A stretch of DNA of 30,943 nucleotides from a virus (taxonomy: Duplodnaviria; Caudoviricetes), in the IMG/VR virus record IMGVR_UViG_3300042108_000011, positions 1 to 30,943 of that record. The stretch is one strand, 5' to 3'. This document shows positions 17,782 to 24,420 of the stretch, piece by piece. The position numbers were made by a program, and so were the translations under genes. The notes beneath the pieces were generated by a model that saw only the letters and a program-made list of their open reading frames with translations, searched no databases and had not been told where the DNA came from. The first letter of the stretch is position 1; the number at the start of each line of letters is the position of its first letter.

Positions 17782-17800
17782 TATTATGTTTCTTTGTTCG
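17782..17800 (-). promoter_or_regulatory. Phage late-promoter-like motif, copy upstream of terminase
   Basis: CGAACAA-AGAA-ACATAATA, 20 nt before the ATG at 17761. Confidence 0.7.
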
Positions 17801-18419
17801 AAACGCGTTTCAATCCTTTGAATTTAGAAAAAGATGTCATTCCTTCCCCATCCTTAATGTCAACCAACATCAAATTGTTTTGTTTTAAACTTGTGATGTG
17901 AATCTTTGCTTTTGCTTGATTGACCCTTTGCCATGAAATTTTATCAAGTCCTCGATCCCTTGCAACATCGAAAAGATTCCAGTTCAAACATTCAAGGAAT
18001 TTCCGGGAATAAACTTTCCCCGCCCCGCATGGTTCACCACGTCGGTTGTTGTCGTAACCGGACCAATAATACAACGCGCCGTCGTGCTGAAAATAAATGT
18101 CTTTAAATCCAATCATGTCGTAATTCGGAATTGTTTGTTCAACGTAGCGAATGAATGCTTGGTCAATGTAATCGTCCGAACCCAGCAAAACAACCGCGTC
18201 GAAATCGATTTGTTCAAGGGTTCGAATTGCCATGTTCCATTTGTACGAAAGCGGTTCGTTTCTATATTTTGCCATCGCGAAAATATCTTGTGTTTTAAGG
18301 AACGTCCCGTCCTCATCGGTTGAATAAATATAAACCTTGTCAATGAACGGCATTCGTTGAATACATTCGGCAACGGTGTTGTGGCGACCGTGCATCGCGG
18401 AAACGGTAATTATTTTCAT
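17784..18419 (-). CDS. GT-A fold (GT2-like) glycosyltransferase (211 aa)
   Basis: Start refined to ATG 18419 (ATGA overlap). ITVSAMHGR, LSYKWN, VLLGSDDYI (DxD-type site), GAGKVYSR, GLD. Confidence 0.75.
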   Translation of the reverse strand: MKIITVSAMHGRHNTVAECIQRMPFIDKVYIYSTDEDGTFLKTQDIFAMAKYRNEPLSYKWNMAIRTLEQIDFDAVVLLGSDDYIDQAFIRYVEQTIPNYDMIGFKDIYFQHDGALYYWSGYDNNRRGEPCGAGKVYSRKFLECLNWNLFDVARDRGLDKISWQRVNQAKAKIHITSLKQNNLMLVDIKDGEGMTSFSKFKGLKRVSNKET

Positions 18420-18898
18420 TTGTTGTTGGATCGAATTATTCGCGCGGGATTGCCGACCAAAACGGTGTTTGGTTCGGTCGTTGTTTTCTTTGTAATGACC
18501 GCTGACATCCCGACCATACATTTCGCGGGAATCGTGACGCGCTGGTGAATCGTGGCATTCATTCCGATGTTGGTTTGTTCGTGGATTTCAACGAATCCGC
18601 CAACGACAACGTGCGGGGAAATTGTGACGTTTTTGTGAATTATTGCGTCGTGTCCGACGTGGACGGTTTTCATAATGTACGCGCCGTCGTCGATTATTGT
18701 TGGACGTTCACACCCCGCGTCAATTGTGGCGTGACCGTGAATAGTGACATCGTTACCAATAACAACACCGAATCCTGGTTGTCCCTCGTGACGTTTCGAT
18801 TCCGCTGGCGCTCCGATTATGCAAAAGGGACCGATTGTGACGTTTTTACCAATCGTGACGCCGGGGTAAATTACGGATGTCGGGTGAATGTCAACCAT
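18416..18898 (-). CDS. Hexapeptide-repeat (left-handed beta-helix) acyltransferase, LpxA/NeuD-like
   Basis: IHPTSVIYPGVTIGKNVTIGPFCIIG repeats, HVGHD catalytic-type motif, C-terminal GNPAR. Confidence 0.85.
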   Translation of the reverse strand: MVDIHPTSVIYPGVTIGKNVTIGPFCIIGAPAESKRHEGQPGFGVVIGNDVTIHGHATIDAGCERPTIIDDGAYIMKTVHVGHDAIIHKNVTISPHVVVGGFVEIHEQTNIGMNATIHQRVTIPAKCMVGMSAVITKKTTTEPNTVLVGNPARIIRSNNK

Positions 18899-19265
18899 TG
18901 TTTAAGAATTGTTCAAGGTCTTGACGCGTTGTTGTTCGTGTTGGTTTGAATCCCAGTTCGATCGCCTCGCGTCGCAATTCGGCGAATGTCTTTTGTTTCG
19001 TGCCTACAAAATGTAAACGCGGAGGTTGTTCGTTCATGTGGCGTTCGTTGTTTTCCTCGCGGACAACTGGACGAACTTTGTCTTTGTTTTCGTTTAGTTT
19101 GTCCATTGCGATACGAACACAAGTGTTGCACGACTTGTTTAATTTACCGAATCCAAGCGCTTTGTAATGCATCGCTAACTCGGTTTTCAAGGTATCGTCT
19201 AAATGCGCGTAACGATTTCGCCCAAAATTATCAAGCTGAATTCGTAGTGAATTACTTATGTTCAT
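18891..19265 (-). CDS. Hypothetical protein with CxxC and a helical C-terminal domain
   Basis: 124 aa, SCNTCVR; overlaps both neighbours. Confidence 0.65.
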   Translation of the reverse strand: MNISNSLRIQLDNFGRNRYAHLDDTLKTELAMHYKALGFGKLNKSCNTCVRIAMDKLNENKDKVRPVVREENNERHMNEQPPRLHFVGTKQKTFAELRREAIELGFKPTRTTTRQDLEQFLNNG

Positions 19266-19455
19266 AAATCAACAATAAATCGGAAATTAAGTAACTAATA
19301 AAAGCGTAAGGAATCATTGAAACATCAATGAAACAATACAAGACAACCGCCGTCCAAAATGACAAGCATGATTGACAATTGAACGGTTTGATGTCGGGAA
19401 TGTCAAAGGTCATGAACGCCCGCGCAATCGCGACCGCAATAATCGAATAAATCAT
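19252..19455 (-). CDS. Small membrane protein with CxxC (KPFNCQSCLSFW)
   Basis: 67 aa, hydrophobic, first gene after the sigma factor. Confidence 0.65.
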   Translation of the reverse strand: MIYSIIAVAIARAFMTFDIPDIKPFNCQSCLSFWTAVVLYCFIDVSMIPYAFISYLISDLLLIYEHK

Positions 19456-19885
19456 TTTTAAATTGTTTAATAGTTTTATGAATGGTATCGAGCGAAATCC
19501 CGGTCAATTCTTTAATTTCTCTGAATGTCATTCCGCAAAGATGCATTTTCGTTATTTCTTTTATGAAATTTTCTTGATCGTTCGAACCGCTTTGTTCCAA
19601 AAATTCTGCAAGTTTTTCGCTAAATTGATTTTGCGACGGCGATTCGTTGACGTCCACAACATCGTTGATTGCGTCACCGTCCGACCGATATAACCGCCAA
19701 AATTCCGACCTTTTCCACGTCCATTGATTCCATGCGAATCTTGAAAATATAGCGGGAATATCGGCATAATTAAAGTTAAAACGGTGCATGAGAATAAAAA
19801 CATGACCAACCAAATCACCCGCAAGTTCATGATTCGACGTGATTTTTCGAGCGATTTGATAGGCGTCATGTTCCCAAAATTTCAT
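19403..19885 (-). CDS. ECF/sigma-70-like RNA polymerase sigma factor, candidate late activator
   Basis: Region-2-like AYQIARKIT...AGDLVGHVFI and region-4 HTH GMTFREIKELTGISLDTI; sits at the replication/late boundary. Confidence 0.7.
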   Translation of the reverse strand: MKFWEHDAYQIARKITSNHELAGDLVGHVFILMHRFNFNYADIPAIFSRFAWNQWTWKRSEFWRLYRSDGDAINDVVDVNESPSQNQFSEKLAEFLEQSGSNDQENFIKEITKMHLCGMTFREIKELTGISLDTIHKTIKQFKNDLFDYCGRDCAGVHDL

Positions 19886-19888
19886 GGA

Positions 19889-20104
19889 CTAATTTACAAA
19901 ATATTTAAACCAAGCAATGAAAAATTCTTGACCGACTGGTTTTCCGTTCATGAATCGATACAACATCGAATAATTCACTTTCATGTCCTCGGCAAGGTGT
20001 GTCATTTTATAACGCTTGTCTAAACGTGACGTTGTCATTTTGCGCATCCAATCGACAACGTTCGAGTCATTAGAAAGGTAAATCGTCATCGTTTTCATTC
20101 TCAA
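19889..20104 (-). CDS. Small Cro-like HTH protein (start uncertain)
   Basis: MTHLAEDMKVNYSMLYRFMNGK HTH pattern. Confidence 0.65.
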   Translation of the reverse strand: MRMKTMTIYLSNDSNVVDWMRKMTTSRLDKRYKMTHLAEDMKVNYSMLYRFMNGKPVGQEFFIAWFKYFVN

Positions 20105-20402
20105 TTGGTTTTTCTTGTACTGGTTTTCCGATTAATTTAATGGACCACGCTTCGACGGTGTTAAAATACTTTGTGACGTTTTCCGGGGAAATCCATTCAC
20201 GACCTCGCAAATTGTATTTAACCTCGACGTCATCGCCTGGATTTAAATTGCGGACAAGGTCGCATTTATCGTTGACGGTTTGAAACGTCACGAATTGTGG
20301 GTATTCCGTCCACGTCTTGATTGTGAATTCTTGTTTTCGGAATTTATCCGAAATGTTTTGCAATGGTGTCACTTGGACAACCGTTCCTTTTTCTTCGTTC
20401 AT
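20070..20402 (-). CDS. DUF3127-like single-stranded DNA-binding protein
   Basis: FRKQEF, YPQ, NLRGREW, YFNTVEAW and acidic tail DDDLPF. Confidence 0.85.
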   Translation of the reverse strand: MNEEKGTVVQVTPLQNISDKFRKQEFTIKTWTEYPQFVTFQTVNDKCDLVRNLNPGDDVEVKYNLRGREWISPENVTKYFNTVEAWSIKLIGKPVQEKPIENENDDDLPF

Positions 20403-20623
20403 TTATTTATGTTTATTTGGGTTTCGTTTATAATCTGATAAAATTCTTCTCTTATTTTCTCAACAATATCATATTGCCATTGATTCAACGTTTCGTCGTA
20501 TTTGTAAATATTTCGCAACATCCTTTCGATTTCAATCAATGCGCAAAACATTTTTGGCGCTTCATTCATCAATTCGAATTCGTGTTGATCGTCCGGTAAA
20601 TTGAATTCAAATGTTGCTTTCAT
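20399..20623 (-). CDS. Hypothetical protein (MKATFEFNLPDD...)
   Basis: 74 aa; ATGA overlap with the SSB gene. Confidence 0.7.
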   Translation of the reverse strand: MKATFEFNLPDDQHEFELMNEAPKMFCALIEIERMLRNIYKYDETLNQWQYDIVEKIREEFYQIINETQININK

Positions 20624-20858
20624 AGGTTTCTTTATAGTATTGTTCTGCTTCGGGTTCGTAAAATTTATATTCCAATGGATTAATCATACTTTCTTGCCAA
20701 GCATTTACCCAGGAATCCTTAATCTGCTCCTTCTCCATCTCTTTGGCTTGTTCAACTGCATTACTTACCTTTTCCCATTCACTTGGGTATAACTCTAGAA
20801 TATTATCTAATTCATTAAATAACCACTCTACTGCTGTTTGTTTACTCGTTGTTTTCAT
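20607..20858 (-). CDS. Hypothetical protein, KQTAVEWL-type (83 aa)
   Basis: Start refined to ATG 20858; KQTAVEWL...EQAKEMEKEQI. Confidence 0.7.
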   Translation of the reverse strand: MKTTSKQTAVEWLFNELDNILELYPSEWEKVSNAVEQAKEMEKEQIKDSWVNAWQESMINPLEYKFYEPEAEQYYKETYESNI

Positions 20859-21060
20859 TTCCGAATGTCTTTTCAATGTATTCGTTCGCGTCACCGTTCA
20901 CCCCTTGATTCCATTCGCCGTTTTCGTATGCACTGGCGATTTGTTCACGTTCCATTTCAATCGCTTTTTGAATTTCTTTATCAATCCAAGGAATTTTTGA
21001 CGCCAAAACTTTCAGTTCCAGCGCCTCGATTAAATAGTTCAATGCCGTTTGTTTATTCAT
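20842..21060 (-). CDS. Hypothetical protein, diverged paralog of 20607-20858 (72 aa)
   Basis: Start refined to ATG 21060; KQTALNYL...QKAIEMEREQI. Confidence 0.7.
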   Translation of the reverse strand: MNKQTALNYLIEALELKVLASKIPWIDKEIQKAIEMEREQIASAYENGEWNQGVNGDANEYIEKTFGNENNE

Positions 21061-21232
21061 AATTGTTAAAATTTTTAAATTCATCAACAGTCACCGATTT
21101 CACATCAAATTGACCTTGTTTTGATGTCACCGAAATAATGTAAAAATGACCATGTTTGTTCATATATTCAGTAAGGAAATACGCCCCTTCTAATTAATCG
21201 AAATGACATTCAATAATGAAATACTTTTTCAT
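21053..21232 (-). pseudogene. 59-codon frame with one internal TAA at codon 13 (21194-21196)
   Basis: MKKYFIIECHFD*LEGAYFLTEYMNKHGHFYIISVTSKQGQFDVKSVTVDEFKNFNNYE; ATGA-coupled start and stop overlapping the next ATG. Confidence 0.6.
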
Positions 21233-21849
21233 TTCTTTTTCAATTTATTAATTCGTTCGTTATAATAATCCGTCGCCAGCTTGCAACGTTCAATTATTTG
21301 ATTTTCAATTTCAAAGTCACGTTCAAACGTTACCGACGTAATTCGAAAACGCGGATCGATATGGTCTACCTTGTGAATCGATTTGTCGTCGTATTGTGTC
21401 AAGAATTCGTCCCAAGTTGAAACCATGCAATAAACAAGTTCGAATTCGTGGCGCTCGTACAACATCATGTATGCGCGACCTTGAAATTCGTATTCCTTTG
21501 AATCGATGTCCTCCGGTAATTCCGGGAACGTGTCAAGTGACCACGATGTTTTGATGTCAATTATTTTTTCGTTCGTAAGAATGTCGCATTCACCCGTCAA
21601 CCATTCGTTTTCAATCCGTTGTTTGTTCTTTTCAAAATTTTCAAATCGAACCGAATTCAACAATTGAATGGATTCCAGTTCTTGATTGATTCCCTTGTCA
21701 AGGTAACGATTGACAATTGGTGATTCGTATCCGTAAAAATGTTCTTTTGCTAATTGCTCAATATAAGATTTCGCCGTTTGCGACAATAATTCGCCCTTGC
21801 TTCGGGACGTTGTCATCAATTTTCCGATTTGTGATGCTCGCCATTTCAT
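21229..21849 (-). CDS. YqaJ / lambda-exonuclease-like recombination nuclease
   Basis: RASQIGKLM, KG...E, TGECD, DIKTSW, YEFQ..AYM motifs. Confidence 0.85.
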   Translation of the reverse strand: MKWRASQIGKLMTTSRSKGELLSQTAKSYIEQLAKEHFYGYESPIVNRYLDKGINQELESIQLLNSVRFENFEKNKQRIENEWLTGECDILTNEKIIDIKTSWSLDTFPELPEDIDSKEYEFQGRAYMMLYERHEFELVYCMVSTWDEFLTQYDDKSIHKVDHIDPRFRITSVTFERDFEIENQIIERCKLATDYYNERINKLKKK

Positions 21850-22040
21850 AATTCTAATAAATTTACTTTAACATTCATCCAGTATAAAAAATCCCGCGAT
21901 TTTGGATCAAGGTCTTTCAAAACCTCATGCACCAAAATAAGCGCGCACGCTTTACGCGTAATCTTTGTTTTTACCTTGTCGCTATATTCGACAACATCAA
22001 ACAAATCGAAAAGGTATTGCGCGCGCTCTTTTGCGTTCAT
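21846..22040 (-). CDS. Hypothetical protein (64 aa)
   Basis: Tightly packed between ERF and exonuclease; ATGA overlap. Confidence 0.7.
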   Translation of the reverse strand: MNAKERAQYLFDLFDVVEYSDKVKTKITRKACALILVHEVLKDLDPKSRDFLYWMNVKVNLLEL

Positions 22041-22041
22041 T

Positions 22042-22578
22042 TTACAATTGGTTGATTTGTTCGGTTGTTAGTGAATAAGTTCCTTTCAATTTCTCAACGG
22101 TAAATTTGCCTTCTGCAATGGCTTTTTTTGCGTTTTGAAAACGTTCGTCGTCAATTGTCGGTTTTGTACAAGGTTTACTCGCCTCGTTGCCGTCGTCGTC
22201 GATTGCTTGTAATGACAATAAAGATTGCAACGTTCCACGTCTAAAATAAGTAATGCAAGCCAACGTTTTTTGAGGATCGGTAATGTTTAAAGGAATATCC
22301 ATAAATGATTCGGTTGATTCGCCCGTTTCGATGTCAACAATAATCGTGAACACGGTGTTTCCTTTGACTGGTTGCAAAAGAATTAAATCATAACTTAAAA
22401 GAATCGGTTCGACCGTTTCCAACAACGCGTTGATGTCCGCGTAATTCTTTTTGAAATGTGGATTAATTGCATTCTTTGAAACCTTACCAATGTGTTGTTT
22501 TGCTGAATGCAATTTGTGAAACAAACCTTTCGGTTGTTCCGTTGTGACCGCTTCGGTCGTTTTTCTTGTTGTCGCCAT
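22042..22578 (-). CDS. erf: ERF-family single-strand annealing protein
   Basis: NPHFKKNYAD, ITYFRR..L..LL....DDDGN motifs. Confidence 0.85.
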   Translation of the reverse strand: MATTRKTTEAVTTEQPKGLFHKLHSAKQHIGKVSKNAINPHFKKNYADINALLETVEPILLSYDLILLQPVKGNTVFTIIVDIETGESTESFMDIPLNITDPQKTLACITYFRRGTLQSLLSLQAIDDDGNEASKPCTKPTIDDERFQNAKKAIAEGKFTVEKLKGTYSLTTEQINQL

Positions 22579-22600
22579 AATTAAGTATTTAAAATTTCAC

Positions 22601-22631
22601 CAAAGATAAAAATAATTTTCATTCGTGCAAC
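22601..22631 (-). promoter_or_regulatory. Bacteroidota-type promoter for the recombination operon
   Basis: GTTG-N19-TATCTTTG, intergenic upstream of erf. Confidence 0.75.
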
Positions 22632-22640
22632 ATAACAACA

Positions 22641-23120
22641 TCAAATTGTTAACAAATCTTTGTTGGTAATTATCCAAGTATCCGATTTGAATTGAAAAAA
22701 TGGTCCATCGAATTCGCCTTTTTTCTTGAAAATTTTGATTTCATCAAATCGATGTCGTGAAATTGCCCCCTTTATCCATGCGCGGGAATAATCATTCAAA
22801 ACATCCACGAAAATAAAATAGTCACAACGTTGTTTTGAATTGTAGTTTGACAAATGACAATTGTTTTCCAGTTTAGGAATTCCATTCCTTGCCAGCGTTT
22901 TTACCTCGACTTTAAATCCTTGAATCAATAAATCAAAATTGAAATCTTGAGCATGAATTACCTTTCGTCCTTTGCTCGAATAGTAATCAAACACCACAAT
23001 TTCCCCCAGCGCCCCGGTCAATTTTCCGTCACCCTCGCGAATGGAATTGTTCAAGATTCCAAAATCAAACAAGATTTGCGCCCGGTCGCGCTGGTTTTGG
23101 CTTATTTCAATTTCAATCAT
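22641..23120 (-). CDS. PD-(D/E)xK-like nuclease (159 aa)
   Basis: Start refined to ATG 23120. GALGE, FD(x8)EVKT, CDYFIFV. Confidence 0.6.
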   Translation of the reverse strand: MIEIEISQNQRDRAQILFDFGILNNSIREGDGKLTGALGEIVVFDYYSSKGRKVIHAQDFNFDLLIQGFKVEVKTLARNGIPKLENNCHLSNYNSKQRCDYFIFVDVLNDYSRAWIKGAISRHRFDEIKIFKKKGEFDGPFFQFKSDTWIITNKDLLTI

Positions 23121-23565
23121 TTGTAAAGGAATCAAACCATTCGACAAACGAATCGAAATCGCGCGCAATTAAGTAAACACCACCAGCGCGTTCGATGTCC
23201 TCTTGATATCTTTTTTGCGCTTCGCTTTGTCGATCCTTCCCCACCTTAACCTCGATTTTCACCGAACGTCCTCGAATGGTTGCGGAAATGTCCGCGCTTC
23301 CTTTGGTTGTTGTTGATTTCGTCCAGGTCACACCAATAAGTTTCCCGCCCGTGGTTCGTTTTTCCCTTGCAACCCCCATTGTATTAATTCTTTCGGCTTG
23401 GTATCCGTTGTATTGAATAAACGATGTTATTGCCTTCGTCAATCCGTTAGATGTCTTGTCGTCCCATTTCGTTTTAACGTGGTAAGCTGGCGGGATTGAT
23501 GGGTATCGTTCCACGTCATGCGCTAATTTCAACGCGTCAAGACGTTGTTTGTTTTCTTTATTCAC
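23113..23565 (-). CDS. VRR-NUC-like nuclease / Holliday junction resolvase
   Basis: KGSADI...IEVKVGKDRQSEAQ...AGGVY motif set; GTG start. Confidence 0.8.
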   Translation of the reverse strand: MNKENKQRLDALKLAHDVERYPSIPPAYHVKTKWDDKTSNGLTKAITSFIQYNGYQAERINTMGVAREKRTTGGKLIGVTWTKSTTTKGSADISATIRGRSVKIEVKVGKDRQSEAQKRYQEDIERAGGVYLIARDFDSFVEWFDSFTND

Positions 23566-23621
23566 GATATATTGTCATTTGTTGTTTTCTATACGCATTT
23601 TGGTCTGCTTCAATATCTTTT

Positions 23622-24239
23622 CTAAATTTTTTCCCACGCACTCTTTGAAAATAATTGAACATCCGCTTCGTTTATATCATCAAATAATGTAATGATATTT
23701 TTGTTTAATTCAATTTTCCATAGGTTAATATCATCACTTGCCTTAAATCCTACGTGGTTTATTTTACCCTTTTCCCATACTGCATAATTTTCAAAACCTA
23801 ATGCCTTCCAAAATTTATTACTTTCTAAATCTTGTCGGCAACGTAAAGTAAAACCTACTCTATGGAAATGCTCACAAAATTGTCTACAAACATCTAATAA
23901 GGCAGTTCCATAGTGTAATCTTCTTGCATCATTCCGAACGGCAATTTGTTGTATTTTACCATACTTGTATGCTCCTTTGCCAGGTGTTATTAAAACATAC
24001 CCAACCGCATCATTGTTGGCTTCACAAATAAATACAACAAAGTTGCGTTGCCCTCCAAAAACATATTTATCCCATATCGTCTTTTGAATAAACCCTACCG
24101 CATAGGAATTTTCTTTTTGAAGCTTATCTATTAAAAGAATATCTTTTATTGTCGAAGTTCTTACAGATATATTTTTTATTGTGTCCGAATAAAGCACGTT
24201 TATCAATCCAGTTGAACAATCGAATTTTCCTAATTTCAT
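23622..24239 (-). CDS. GNAT-family acetyltransferase
   Basis: IAVRNDARRLHYGTALL (acetyl-CoA motif A) and SNKFWKALGF (motif B). Confidence 0.85.
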   Translation of the reverse strand: MKLGKFDCSTGLINVLYSDTIKNISVRTSTIKDILLIDKLQKENSYAVGFIQKTIWDKYVFGGQRNFVVFICEANNDAVGYVLITPGKGAYKYGKIQQIAVRNDARRLHYGTALLDVCRQFCEHFHRVGFTLRCRQDLESNKFWKALGFENYAVWEKGKINHVGFKASDDINLWKIELNKNIITLFDDINEADVQLFSKSAWEKI

Positions 24240-24263
24240 AATTTATTTATTTAATAATTTTTT

Positions 24264-24410
24264 TCATGGCAACCCGCGGAATTGAATATAAAGCGCGCCA
24301 GCAATACCGACGCAAAGACAACCAACCGCACCCAACAAGCCGAAAAAATAACAAGCCGACCACCACATCAAGATGGTTAATAAAACAGCAAAAAAAATAA
24401 TCACTTTCAT
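24264..24410 (-). CDS. Small two-helix membrane protein (48 aa), not in the ORF track
   Basis: MKVIIFFAVLLTILMWWSACYFFGLLGAVGCLCVGIAGALYIQFRGLP*; fills the gap between primase and GNAT. Confidence 0.6.
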   Translation of the reverse strand: MKVIIFFAVLLTILMWWSACYFFGLLGAVGCLCVGIAGALYIQFRGLP

Positions 24411-24420
24411 ATATTTAATT

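Noticed and set aside
19889-20104. Lysogeny switch
   Set aside because: A lone co-directional HTH, with no divergent repressor, integrase or partition genes seen.
21194-21196. Stop-codon reassignment (alternative genetic code)
   Set aside because: Only one internal stop was seen; TAA, TAG and TGA all end tightly packed genes elsewhere and long ORFs are intact in the standard code.
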